DNA of 63,898 nucleotides, filler included, from Octopus bimaculoides (lineage: Eukaryota), in NCBI RefSeq assembly GCF_001194135.2. It is 5 parts of 5 records of this genome, joined end to end, with 100 filler letters (N's around TTAATTAATTAA, not from the genome) between each part and the next. Parts side by side here need not be neighbours in the genome. Positions count along the whole stretch, not along the records: positions 1 to 29,483 come from NC_068999.1; positions 29,584 to 41,023 come from NC_068985.1; 3 more parts are not named here. One strand, 5' to 3'. Under the pieces are notes generated by a model. That model was not told the DNA's origin. It did not search any database and was given only the letters and a program-made list of their open reading frames with translations. This document shows positions 26,281-38,744 of this stretch, piece after piece. The number at the start of each line of letters is the position of its first letter. The first letter of the stretch is position 1. The position numbers and the translations under genes were made by a program.

Positions 26281-28195
26281 GTGAAAAGAGAATCAAGCTT
26301 TAAAGTAAAATTACAATATATCACTTGTGTGAAAACACTTAAGAGCTTCGGGATAAGTAGATGGACAGATGGAATACTTTTGTGCATGATGGGGAATATA
26401 AAATCTAAAGAAAATATGCAACAGAGAGAAAAACAATCAAATAAGGAGAACCGAAGGAAAAATAGAAAGTCTGTGTGATTTCAGTGAGAGAGAGAGGTGA
26501 AAACAACTAAAAATGGAGAAGAGTAACTTCAAATAAAACATTAATATGAAAACAAAATAAACGTATACAAACATAATGAGAAATCTGTGCAGGTTACATA
26601 ACTCGTGAAAATGAGAGAGTTTAAAAAAATCTGAGCTACTCAAAGTGTATACACCTGTAGCGAGATTAAGTTAGATATATATTTGTATCTACATACGCCA
26701 GATTGTACGTATATACCTCTAGTCACGTATGTAGCTAAGTTCCAAAAAAAGTTTCCCTATGTATCTAAATATGTTATATATTGAACTTTGATAGATGTGT
26801 TTGTGTGTGTATATGAATAAGCATACCAACATGCAATGACTACCTATGCATATTAATACACATATGTGTAAATAAACGTCTGTATATACATATGTGTAAA
26901 TTCGTATGTGTATATATACTTTGCTATTTATATGTAAATATATTTGTATATATGTGTCTGTGTGTGCGTGCGTGCGTGTGTTTCTAATAGTAGTTCTTTA
27001 GAACTTTGTTTCCAAATTCAGTATGCAATCATTGTATTGTAACTTTCATTTCTTTTGTTATAAATTATTTGTTTCGTTCATTTTCATTTCGGCTTGTTTT
27101 CTTTCGCTTATTTCGTCCTTCATATGTCTCAACATTAAAGACGAAACATATATATTATTGACTATACAACATCAAATATTTATATTATATTTCAATTACT
27201 AATATTGAAAATAAATACAGAAAATATTCGTTTATATTAATTACGGTTTTAGTAATCGTAATCGTTTCACAATTACTTTAAGCTTGTGTTTCAAAAGAAT
27301 TAATATCTCTTTAGTGAAATATATGTAGTATATGAAATGAACTAAATGGTTGCTAAATGAAGAATTCTAAATGCTGTGCTGTATTAATGAGAACACTATT
27401 GCATTGACAAAGGTGGATTTTGACAAAAGCTTACGTACTGTAAAATTAGGGTTTCACTTAATATGTTAGACATACATATAATAACGCAGACAGAGATCAA
27501 TTGGTCGTCTTTTGACAACAGCTATATTTACCGCTAAATGTCTTGCACACTGGAATACATCAGATGTTTCATTCATCAAAGTCTCTTCTTTTGAGAAATT
27601 GACAATTTTACCACCGCGAATTGGTGACCATCTTTATTTCATAAATTCTACCTGTGAACTTCGCTAAACGCTTTTTGGATTGATGACCTTTGTGATACGC
27701 TTGCTTCCTTCTTATCCTTGAGTATATTTTCCGATTATATTTCCTCCCTTAAAATTATCGTAAATTATCATAAGCACCACACACTTCCGTCACTCAGAGT
27801 CTATATTTTAGAAAATAATAAATATCAAACAGGAAACAACAACATTTAGGAAGAAACATTGAAAATTCCATCCGTTATTACAGAATCATTTCCTCAGAAA
27901 ACTGAAGTAACTGCATTCGTTTAAGGGTGATTCCTGTGATATATCTAATTTTGTTCTTGTGGCACGTATGCTATACTTTGCATTCACATTCAATTGGCAT
28001 TCGTTGACATTTCATTCAATTAAAAATTTGAAAGTAATTTTGGAAACAATAAAGCTGTATTGAATTGGAATTGCAGCATGGATATCAGTGAGCAAATGTT
28101 CCTAGGTGTAGTTCACAATCAGATGACAAGACTCGTCATACATATCTTCTGAAACTAAAAGTTTGTCTATATCACTCAAACCTTTATTTTTCAGA

Positions 28196-28320
28196 TTTTG
28201 CACAAGGCCAGCACGTTCAGAGGAGAAGATCAGTCGATTAACTCTAGCCCAGTGTTTAATTGATACTTATTTCATCGACGCCGAAAGAATGAAAGGTAAA
28301 ATCATCCTAAGTTGAATTTG
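28196..28320 (-). mobile_element. SINE family B 3' fragment
   Basis: atcgacgccgaaagaatgaaaggtaaa matches the family core. Confidence 0.7.
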
Positions 28321-28699
28321 GTTATTTCTCTATATTAACAATGTAATATAGATTCACTATTCATAAATCACCAATGCTAGATCTTATATTTCCAAATCCC
28401 AAATCTTGAAGCATTATGTAACATAATTTTTCTTTTCCATTTACTTATACACACTTTGGTATTATTGTTCCTTAATAAATCGCTGACACTCAATTCATGC
28501 CTCATAGTTACACTTATTTGTCATCTTCAGATATCAGATGATTCTAGTATTCGTCTTTCCTTCTCTTTTCAGGTTTATATATTTGTAGGAGAATACTCTA
28601 ACTTTGTGTGTGCCATGTTATAAGATAGTTATGCTTACATAACGTTTACAACATAACCTACACTTATGCGTGTCTTATTGTATGTAGTTTTAAATGCCT

Positions 28700-28830
28700 C
28701 TTTTCGAGACAATGGAATGTGTTCACTCTTCGTGATCATGATGACTATCGACTTCTTGCATTGAGCCACTGACAACTGATTGTAGAAACAAACCTTATCC
28801 TCTTCGCTAGTGATGTGTAATTCACACAAA
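28700..28830 (-). mobile_element. Possible AP-endonuclease remnant of an RTE-type LINE
   Basis: TSEEDKVCFYNQLS...SIVI resembles the ..EEK..FY..L....IVI.GD segment; GD absent. Confidence 0.25.
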
Positions 28831-29483
28831 GAGAGTCCAGAGGGGATCGAATCGGTTTGTTTAATTTTGTGAATTCAACATCATACTCCATATTACCATT
28901 GTGGTATCCGTCATAGTCCATCAGGTTATACTGACTTTATCTCTGATTGAAATATTCTGTCGTTGATCATTGATATATCTTTCTTTGTGAAACTAGCTAC
29001 TTTGGGGATCAATATTAACAATTCTACGACTCATATATGAGCTCACACTAAAATGTTAGGTATGTAAATGGCAACGTCTTGCTTTTACATATACAAATAA
29101 GCAGTATATATGATGTTCAAAAAAGCATGGTAATTATGCTAAGTAATACGATGTTCCATTAATCCTCTCATACCTTACATGTAATCTAGTGCCTACAAGC
29201 AAGTGGCATACTTGATATTTCTTAAATCTTTCGATAGGTTTCCTAGCTTAGGCATAGGGTTAGAAGTTACGTGGCAATCTACACGCAAGCAAAATCTAAG
29301 CAGCTTTTAACTTAGTTATTAAAGCAGCATGTAGCTAGTTATTGAAGCAGACCTGTTAATACAAGGCTAAGATAACCATGATCTGAAACGCAAATTGGGA
29401 TGGCGCTTTAGTTTTCCACGCTGCCAGAAGAAAATAGTGAACACATATACACACATACACTTATATACATTCATATATATATA

Positions 29484-29583
29484 NNNNNNNNNNNNNNNNN
29501 NNNNNNNNNNNNNNNNNNNNNNNNNNNTTAATTAATTAANNNNNNNNNNNNNNNNNNNNNNNNNNNNNNNNNNNNNNNNNNNN
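29484..29583. other. Artificial 100-bp scaffold linker N44-TTAATTAATTAA-N44 (also 41024-41123, 49041-49140, 61045-61144)
   Basis: Identical 44+12+44 layout four times; the 12-mer places stops in all six frames. Confidence 0.95.
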
Positions 29584-29632
<49 letters not shown>

Positions 29633-29682
29633 CATTGTTATTGTTATTATTATTATTGTCATTGTTATTATTATTATTGTCA

Positions 29683-29728
<46 letters not shown>

Positions 29729-29861
29729 CATTGTTATTATTATTACTATCATCATCATCATCCTTGTTATTGTCGTTGTTTTTGTTGTCGTTTCTATGCG
29801 CTTCTTCAAAAGCAGCGTAATATTTGTCAAAGTCAGTGACGTCGATCGTCTGAATTTTCCT
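29584..29861 (-). CDS. Candidate exon, Asn/Asp-rich, open into the gap
   Basis: After ...ggggaacag the minus frame reads RKIQTIDVTDFDKYYAAFEEAHRNDNKNNDNNKDDDDDS(N/D)n with no stop to 29584; phase 0; acceptor is purine-rich and weak. Confidence 0.3.
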
Positions 29862-30128
29862 CTGTTCCCCGACGACAATAGGTCAAGGTTGATCTGTGAG
29901 GGTGCAAACAACCCCGGATTTAACAGAAGAGTAACGGTTCAAGCAGCAATGTTGAAAATATAATGTAATTTAAATCTTTAATTGAAATTTTAACGACTTT
30001 TTCTCTCCGTTCCTTCTCCAACTCCTACACGTCGCCACTCAACTCTCTGGATCCAAGCAACTCTCACAATGTTTTCTTCTATCTCTTGGATACAGCATAA
30101 ATTCCAGGAATTCACACATAATGGCCAA

Positions 30129-30167
<39 letters not shown>

Positions 30168-30339
30168 TAGAGGGGGCGGAAGATAAAGGAGGGAAGGAGT
30201 GAGGAATGTTTGAATTTATTAATTTATAAAGAAAAATACCTTTTCTTGTTTAAAAAAAAAAAAATCTTGTGCTAATTTTTATATTTATGTATTTATATAT
30301 TTATATACTTATATTAATATCTTCCCGTTTTTTAAAAAA

Positions 30340-30523
30340 ATTAATGATCATGATGATAATGATGACGATGATGATGATGATGATGGTATATGATGATGAT
30401 GATAATAATAATAATAATTTATAAAAATACAAGTATAATATAATAATATATAAAAATAACAGTAATAATCTTGTCACTCGTTGATGAAGATTGTGGTGAT
30501 GTTGCTAATGATGGTGGTGGTGG

Positions 30524-30563
<40 letters not shown>

Positions 30564-30613
30564 AATGATGATGATGATGATGATAGCATCGACGATGACG
30601 TTGATAGGGAAGT

Positions 30614-30649
<36 letters not shown>

Positions 30650-31135
30650 CTTGATGACCATGATGAAAATGATGATGATGATGGCCACGTCGATGACGAT
30701 TACAACAAGATAATGAAGATGACAGTGATAAAAATCATGGTAGTGATGATGACAAAATGAGGATGTTGATGATGATGATGACAACGATAAAAATCATGCT
30801 AATGATGATGATAAATATCTTAATGATCATCGTTATCATATTGACGGCAATAATCATTATGATCGTGATGATGATGATGATAATGCTGATGACGACGACG
30901 ACGACGATGATGATGACGATGATGATGACAATGATAATAATGAATATGGCGACGATGATAAATGATGATCGCGTACAGTGTTGGTGATGACGACGATAAC
31001 GATGAAGATGATGACGACAACGACGACGATGATGAATGACGATGGCGGACAATGATGACGATAATAATGATGTTGACGCTTTTAGATAATGCTTCTGATG
31101 ACGATGATAATGACGATGACGAAGGCAACGGCAAC

Positions 31136-31174
<39 letters not shown>

Positions 31175-31250
31175 TTGAATAATGATGATTGCGGTGGTGG
31201 TGGTGGCGGTGGTGGTGGTGATGTTGATGATGGTGGTGGTGATGGTGGTA

Positions 31251-31286
<36 letters not shown>

Positions 31287-31330
31287 TCGACAGGGGATTG
31301 ATGACTATGATGATGAGGAAACACCATCGT
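30340..31330. repeat. ~1 kb degenerate (GAT/GAC/GGT/AAT)n tract
   Basis: Direct inspection; no frame stays open across it. Confidence 0.9.
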
Positions 31331-32044
31331 AACAAAGGCTGGTGGTAGTGGTGGAGGTGGGTGGCAGGATACTGACACCATGCATCGCTGGCAGCGATAT
31401 TCCACATGGCAAAAGCAGTCTGTATTAGACTTCACTGTCCATTCTTCATTGCCAAGAACCGTCGAAAGAATGTTCCGCGAACGTATAACACCAATAACTC
31501 TACATAGAAGGATAAAACAAAACAAAAACAAAAGGGACAACATCAAAATTAAAAAAAAAAGAAGAAAAAGGAAAGAGAAAATGAGGAAGAAAATTTTATG
31601 GCCAGTTTACTAAAGATCGTCAGAGCATAGCTATTCTGAGAAGACATTCTTTAATACTACACGCCATTCCATTTCTTCAATCCTTTGTCTTCCTTAAACA
31701 CAGAACAAAATATTAAACAAAAGAAAACAGAGTCATACTTTTATTCGTTTTTGTACTGTTTTCTTTTCTTCTTGTTCTTCGTTTCTTATTTTTCTTTTTC
31801 TTTCTTCGTTGAAACTTCTGCAATGATTTGTTAAAATAACTCTTTGTTATTTCTGTCGTTGCTGTCATCTAGGTTTATTCACCAAATAGGAATTATACAC
31901 GGCCGCTGTGATGTTAGACTCAAACAATTGTTTATGATTAATCAGTCAACATGGCGAAAGGAGCAGCGTTTTCTCCATAACTAACTATTCGCCTATATCT
32001 CTCCTTCCTTTCACCTCTTGCTTGTTGTTTTGTTTCTTTCTCGT

Positions 32045-32046
32045 TT

Positions 32047-32120
<74 letters not shown>
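32045..32120. repeat. (TTTC)n microsatellite
   Basis: Direct inspection. Confidence 0.95.
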
Positions 32121-32123
<3 letters not shown>

Positions 32124-32218
32124 ATTCTTTCGATTGCTCACTCACTCTCTAGCTACCTTCTTCTCTAATTACCTAGTTATGCAATAACTAAATCGGTCTC
32201 TTTTAAAATCAGAATGAT

Positions 32219-32382
32219 AGGCGCAGAAATGGGTGTGTGGTAAGTAGTTTACTTAAAAACCACATGGTTCTGGGTTCTCTCCCACTGAGTGCCACCTTGG
32301 GCAAGTGCCTTCAACTATAGCCTCGGGCTGCCCAACGCAGTGTGAGTGGATTTGATAGACAGAAGCTGAAAGAAGCACGTCG

Positions 32383-32435
<53 letters not shown>

Positions 32436-32568
32436 TTATCTGTTTGTCTTTGTTTCACCACCATCGCTTGACAACTGATGTTGGTGTGTTTACATCCCCG
32501 TAACTTAGTGGTTCAGCAAAAGAGACCGATAGATACTAGGCTTACAAAAAATAAGTTCTGGGGTCGAT
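32219..32568 (+). mobile_element. SINE family A, 3' end lost in gap
   Basis: Colinear with 9056 and 36121 copies; internal (TA)n(TG)n. Confidence 0.9.
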
Positions 32569-32725
32569 NNNNNNNNNNNNNNNNNNNNNNNNNNNNNNNN
32601 NNNNNNNNNNNNNNNNNNNNNNNNNNNNNNNNNNNNNNNNNNNNNNNNNNNNNNNNNNNNNNNNNNNNNNNNNNNNNNNNNNNNNNNNNNNNNNNNNNNN
32701 NNNNNNNNNNNNNNNNNNNNNNNNN

Positions 32726-32810
<85 letters not shown>

Positions 32811-32979
32811 CACATATACACACATACGTACCTGAACACATAAATGTCTATATATTTGAGAGAAATATGAAAAGCGTGAGTATGTGACGTTCATGCCTTT
32901 TCCGAAGATATAAATAAGTGAAAAGTATTCAACCAGAGAATGAAACTTTGATAGTTATGACAGTGTTGCTCAGACAGGG

Positions 32980-33230
32980 ATGACGGCACTGGTTTCGATG
33001 CAATTGCTATTTAGCCCCAGGTCAGCCATCATCGAGCTTTTTTGTTATCAAAAGTGTTCCACTCATGACCATCTTGTTTTTCTTCTCTAGCTTAATGTAC
33101 GTAGAATTCCGTTACCCAATGTGTCCTCCCCCACCTTAAAGTCTGTAAGATGTGACTTGAGAGTGATTCAGTGGCTATTTTCTGCAGGTCAAATGACTCC
33201 TTAGAAGATCCTTTGTTGGCTCAGTGTTAG
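32980..33230 (+). repeat. Unclassified dispersed repeat family C (related pieces at 35390-35460, 41300-41345 minus, 44135-44330, 45295-45360, 45935-46175)
   Basis: Recurring cores ccccaggtcagc..gat..agc...tgatcaaagg..ttcca..catgacc and gggagattt.gctg.tatttc.agca. Confidence 0.6.
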
Positions 33231-35192
33231 TATGAGCATTGAGGCTGCTCACTGATGCGAGGGATTTAAGGCTGCTAGGATTTTGCTTTTTGTTCTGCAG
33301 ATCTTGCTAATTTTCTGATGTACTTTTATTGTCTTTTATTCGGAAGGGAAGGCAGTGCAGTACTCTATATTTTTTACAAAGCTTCTGGGATTGCTGAGAG
33401 GGCGGGAGGGAGATAGAAAGGAAGCTATCCTCAAACCGGAAACTAGGTCCAAATGATTGCAAAAGAGTGAACTCTGATAAAAACACTCAAAGTCCTTGGT
33501 GGTGGTATTAGACAAGCAATTGATTAAAGCTATTATCCGAGTAGGTAATGGCAGGATTTGAACTCAGAACACAACGACCGGAAAAGTTTCCGCAAGTTCC
33601 GCCAAGCTACGTTCCTGGGTCGGTACAATTTTTGTTGACACCGAAAGAATAAATAATCATTGTTTCTTTCCATGAAACCTAACGATTGAACTCTTCTTTT
33701 ATATATGAATTTATGCGCCATACCATAAATCTCGGTGTATGACTGAAACTTATTTTTATTGACAAATTCATCGCAGGAGAGGTGAGGGGAAAGTCAATTT
33801 AATGTTAATAATAAACCGACTTAATTTGTCACTCGGTTTAACGTTACTAATTGACTGTCTTTAGAGGTGGGGGGCTACCATGTTGGGCCAAATATCTGCT
33901 CTGAAGATCAACCTACTAATCATGCTTTTTTCCTTTCCTGGCTATGTTAAAGCAACAACTACACAAAAGCATACTTACATATCTGTACATATATTATTGA
34001 AAGAAGTGATTTTCAAAGAGTGTCATTATCTTCTTTGAAAACTTTTATTATATTTAAAAGAAAGTATTAAAATTATTTTAAAAAAAATAGTTAGTTGCCT
34101 TCACTCTAAACATTACCTGCTTTCCTACAAAGAAATACACAAGCATTGGTGCAAGTCATTAAAGCACTTAGGTTTTCTAAGTCACATGACCTTTTCCGAT
34201 TCACTTCAAAAATCTCGTGGCACACTTACCAACTGTATGAGACATACAAGTGTGCCGTGGCAGTTGAATATGCCTGCTTTAGACATTAGGAGTTGATAAA
34301 TATTCTACGCTCTACATTTCATCCACCTTTTCTGGCTCTTTTATCCTTGCATCAATTTGATTAACCATCGTATAACGTGTTTCCATTACTCAACGATATT
34401 TCCTTCCATTAGCAGCTAATTTATGTCCAATGATAAAACAGAGAAATAGAGACGGTGCAAGATTGAACTAAAATATGCATTAATGGAAATATTTGTCGAT
34501 TTATTTGAATAGAAACACATATGATGGAGGTGGTGGTTATAGAAACTGTGGCGGAGCTGATAGTTATGGAAATAATGGTGGTAGTAGTGGTTATTGAAAT
34601 AGAGGCTGTGGAGGTGGTGGAGGTGGTGGTGGTGGTAATTATAATGATGGAGTTATTGACATTTGTGGCAATGTTCAAGGTTGTGTGGTGGATGGTAATG
34701 GAAATACTTGCAAGGGTGGTATTAGTATTAATAGTAGTGTGACGAAAAGGATGGTTATAAGACGAGATGTTGGTGCTGGTAGAAGCAACACTACTGTTGT
34801 TCCTGATTAGAGTAATTAGTAAGATGGTGCAGCAATAAGTATGTATGAGTGAGTGGTGTGCTGTTCGGGAGGTTGTTGTTGATAGAACAAACTATACTGC
34901 GGTAGTTATCCCGAGAGAAACTCTCATATTGGCATTTTGCTGCAAAATGCACTCTTATATCGTTTTCGGGGAGATAAATTCTCGCTACCTCTAGTGCTGA
35001 AACCATCAACACTATCTCCAGCGCTGAGATCACGTGATTTCGACTTTGTTTGATCTTGTCAATGATAGACACACGCCCGCTAGAGAAAAGAGCGTTTCAC
35101 TTGCCCGCCAGCGATATATAGATTGACAGTGCCAGGACAGGCGCTGGTGTCGCAATTAGCCAGTTAGCTTATTAAAATATATATACTGGGGT

Positions 35193-35336
35193 CAGAGGGA
35201 GTATTAATACTGTGACGTATCCCCACTTAAACATGAATGTTCTGTTGGAACAAGTTTAAAGATTGTTCTAATAGAACGTGTATCCCCATGTTTAAGTGGA
35301 GATAAATATTACCTCTTGGTATTAATACTGCCTCTG
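35193..35336. repeat. Three-tier inverted repeat (144-nt hairpin)
   Basis: Arms 35193-35210/35319-35336 (17 of 18), 35218-35235/35287-35304 (17 of 18), 35239-35253/35263-35277 (13 of 15, both deviations G:U-compatible); 9-nt loop. Confidence 0.85.
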
Positions 35337-35489
35337 TTGCTAATATATAGTTGTTGTTGATGGTTACAGATAATGATAGTGATTTTTTTGCTTTGTCTCA
35401 AGTCAGCTCTGATTAATCAGATTTGTGATGAAAGGCATTGCAGCCTCTGACCATAAGTCTTATATAAATACACATTGTATTTGTTGTTT

Positions 35490-35765
35490 TGTTGTTGTTT
35501 GTTCCTTCTCGAGCCATGCTTGGCTCATAAGGGCTGGTTTCCCGGTATCATTGCCGTATAGGTTCCCCACCTAGATTGGACACCGGTCCGTCACAGATGA
35601 GCTGCTAGATGCAGGAGGAAAGAAAGTTGTGGTGTAAAAGTTAGCAGAAGTTCGCGTGGAGCTTAGGTGTTTCGGTCATAAACACAAATCACCCGGTCTG
35701 AGATTCGAACCCGCGATCCCTCGACCGCGAGTCCGCTGCTCTAACCACTAGGCCATGTGCCTTCC
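35490..35765 (-). mobile_element. tRNA-derived SINE, third family, well preserved
   Basis: Minus strand: A box TGGCCTAGTGG, B box GGTTCGAATC, body, (AAC)n tail. Confidence 0.85.
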
Positions 35766-36120
35766 CGCATAGTGCATTCATGTTTATTTTATTCGATATA
35801 AACTTCCGTTGTTAGGGTGTAATTAGAGGTAGATATAATTGCTATTTCTAGCAGATGAGGAACGCAAAGAAGCTTCGGTCGATGCTCATTGGCGATTAGG
35901 TGGATATGTAAGAGAGTAAGGTAGAGAGGATGAGAAAGAAGGAAAAGAAGAGAATGTGAAGGGCAACGGAATTTCATATCCATGTAATTTTCTGAATTTT
36001 ATCAACTTATTTGAAGAGAGAAAAGAGAAACAAAGAAAGGAAGAGGAGAGGAAAAGACTGAGAGAGAGAGACAGTGATCAAGCAGGAAAAGTCTAGCAGA
36101 GAGAAAAGTAGTTACTCTCT

Positions 36121-36522
36121 TTCTCTTTTACTCTTTTACTTGTTTCAGTCATTTGACCACGGCCATGGTGGAGCACCGCCTTTAGTCGAGCAAATCGACT
36201 ACAGGACTTATTCTGTGTAAGACTAGTACTTATTCTATCGATCTCTTTTGCCGAACCGCTAAGTTACGGGGACGTAAACACACCAGCATCGGTTGTGAAG
36301 CGATGTTGGGGGGACAAACACAGACACACAAACACATATATATACATATACATATATACGACAGGCTTCTTTCAGTTTCCGTCTACCAAATCCACTCACA
36401 AGGCTTTGGCCGGCCCGAGGCTATAGTAGAAGACACTTGCCCAAGGTGCCACGCAGTGGGACAGAACCCAGAACCATGTGGTTGGTAAGCAAGCTACTTA
36501 CCACACAGCCACTCCTGCGCCT
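36121..36522 (-). mobile_element. SINE family A, full-length reference copy
   Basis: Head ggcgcaggagtggctgtgtggtaag, short internal (TA)/(TG), tail ggtgctccaccatggccgtggtcaaatgactgaaacaagt(aaaagag)n. Confidence 0.93.
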
Positions 36523-36778
36523 ATACAAAGAAAAACAAGAGAGAAATAAACATACCCGCGCACGCGCACATACACACACAAGACACACAGAANNNNNNNN
36601 NNNNNNNNNNNNNNNNNNNNNNNNNNNNNNNNNNNNNNNNNNNNNNNNCACACGCAATACACGCAAACACAATACACACAAACATACACACAGGCGCACA
36701 CATGAACGAATGCGCGTGCGCACACGCGCAGACACACACAGACACACGCACGCGCAAACACATACACTAACACACATA

Positions 36779-36814
<36 letters not shown>

Positions 36815-36945
36815 GAAACTGAGATGACAAAGGAATAAACGATTATCTTATGAACTTCATTACAGCTGTTTCTGTTTTAATTGCAATGCATAGTGAACTG
36901 CCTTATTATTTAGTATCAGAATGCCTAAGTAATATATATTTAAGT

Positions 36946-36997
<52 letters not shown>

Positions 36998-37283
36998 TTT
37001 CCTTTGATTTCAATATGGAACGATGTGTGTAACTTACGATGGTTAATAAACACGTTTTATTACATATTCTCCACACTTACCCATCTTTGCTAGCTGTGCG
37101 CATGCTTGAAGTTTACAAACTTCATACACCGAGTTCTATGAATCGTACTAACTTATTACTATGTATGTACATGTGTATGTATGTGTGTATGTACGTATGT
37201 ATGTTTGTACGTATGCGTGTGTGTATCTGTGTGTACATATATACGTTAACATATAACGCAAGGGAGCGGCAGAGAGAAAGAGA

Positions 37284-37336
<53 letters not shown>

Positions 37337-37768
37337 GGAGAGAGTGGGAGAGAGAGGGAGAGATAGAGAGTGATATAGAGAGTATAAGAACGAGAGTGAG
37401 AGAGAATGCATGTGAGTGAATGAGAAAGAGAGAGGAAGAATTAGCCTAGCTACCGAAGAATGACAAAATACAAGTGAAGAAAGACATGATTTTTGCCTGA
37501 AGCAGTTTTAATGATTAATGATACCTTAAAACATTAAGAGGTTGAATATTCACCCATTGTTTTGCAAAGATGTAATGATTAGTTAACTAGCATTCTTTGC
37601 AACGATATATATGTATATATATATATAAATATATATAGATATGCAGGGCAGGGAATCGTCAATTAGTAATAAAATTAATAATTAACAATTTTGCCGGGTA
37701 GCTCAGTATGAAAAAACCTTTTCGGTAAAAATCATTTATAATCATAAATATATAATCATAAATATATA

Positions 37769-38517
37769 GGGATTGACAGTAACCTGCTTCTCCAACATAC
37801 TGAGAATTCAGAAATAGCAGTCAAAGAACTACTGATTTCAAAACTACAAATTATTACTCTAGATTGATAGCGATATTTNNNNNNNNNNNNNNNNNNNNNN
37901 NNNNNNNNNNNNNNNNNNNNNNNNNNNNNNNNNNNNNNNNNNNNNNNNNNNNNNNNNNNNNNNNNNNNNNNNNNNNNNNNNNNNNNNNNNNNNNNNNNNN
38001 NNNNNNNNNNNNNNNNNNNNNNNNNNNNNNNNNNNNNNNNNNNNNNNNNNNNNNNNNNNNNNNNNNNNNNNNNNNNNNNNNNNNNNNNNNNNNNNNNNNN
38101 NNNNNNNNNNNNNNNNNNNNNNNNNNNGCGGGACTATTTATGATGCACACTGAATTGAATTCATTAGGGCGAGAGATTTTGAACTCACTGGCCCATAAAT
38201 TTCTTAACGTCTTCCTCACGTGGTATTGATGTCGCATGGTCAAAATTAACGTGAGTTATTTAGACATTAACAAATTTATTAGAATATTTAGCTGAAGATC
38301 AGAATAGAGTATTCTTTACTCTTAACTGTGAAACGATCGTACTAAATTAACTAAAGGCAAGTGGTTTTTTTACTCTTCTCTACTGTTTTTTGTTCTGTGT
38401 GTATCAAAAATATCGCTATCAATCTAGAGTAATAATTTGTAGTTTTGAAATCAGTAGTTCTTTGACTGCTATTTCTGAATTCTCAGTATGTTGGAGAAGC
38501 AGGTTACTGTCAATCCC
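37769..38517. mobile_element. Non-autonomous foldback/MITE-like element with identical long terminal inverted repeats
   Basis: 37769-37878 is the exact reverse complement of ~38408-38517 (gggattgacagtaacc...agcgatattt); left arm runs into a 248-N gap; flanks are TA-rich; no clean TSD. Confidence 0.8.
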
Positions 38518-38637
38518 TTATAAATATATATATGTATATATATGTATGTATGTATGTACGTATGTGTGGACGTATATGTATTCACGTACGTAAGCATACC
38601 TAGGTACATATATAAATATATGTATTTATGTATGCAT

Positions 38638-38698
<61 letters not shown>

Positions 38699-38713
38699 TA
38701 GGTAGATACAGCG

Positions 38714-38744
<31 letters not shown>

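Noticed and set aside
30419-31407. Poly-D/G/M/S/I ORFs
   Set aside because: Short frames in a degenerate triplet tract with stops in every frame.
34421-34790. Gly-rich plus and Thr/Ile-rich minus frames
   Set aside because: Degenerate (GGT/AGT)n drift; internal stop in the Gly frame; no splice context.
35690-35765. tRNA gene
   Set aside because: Has A and B boxes but no proper anticodon or acceptor stem; it is a SINE head.
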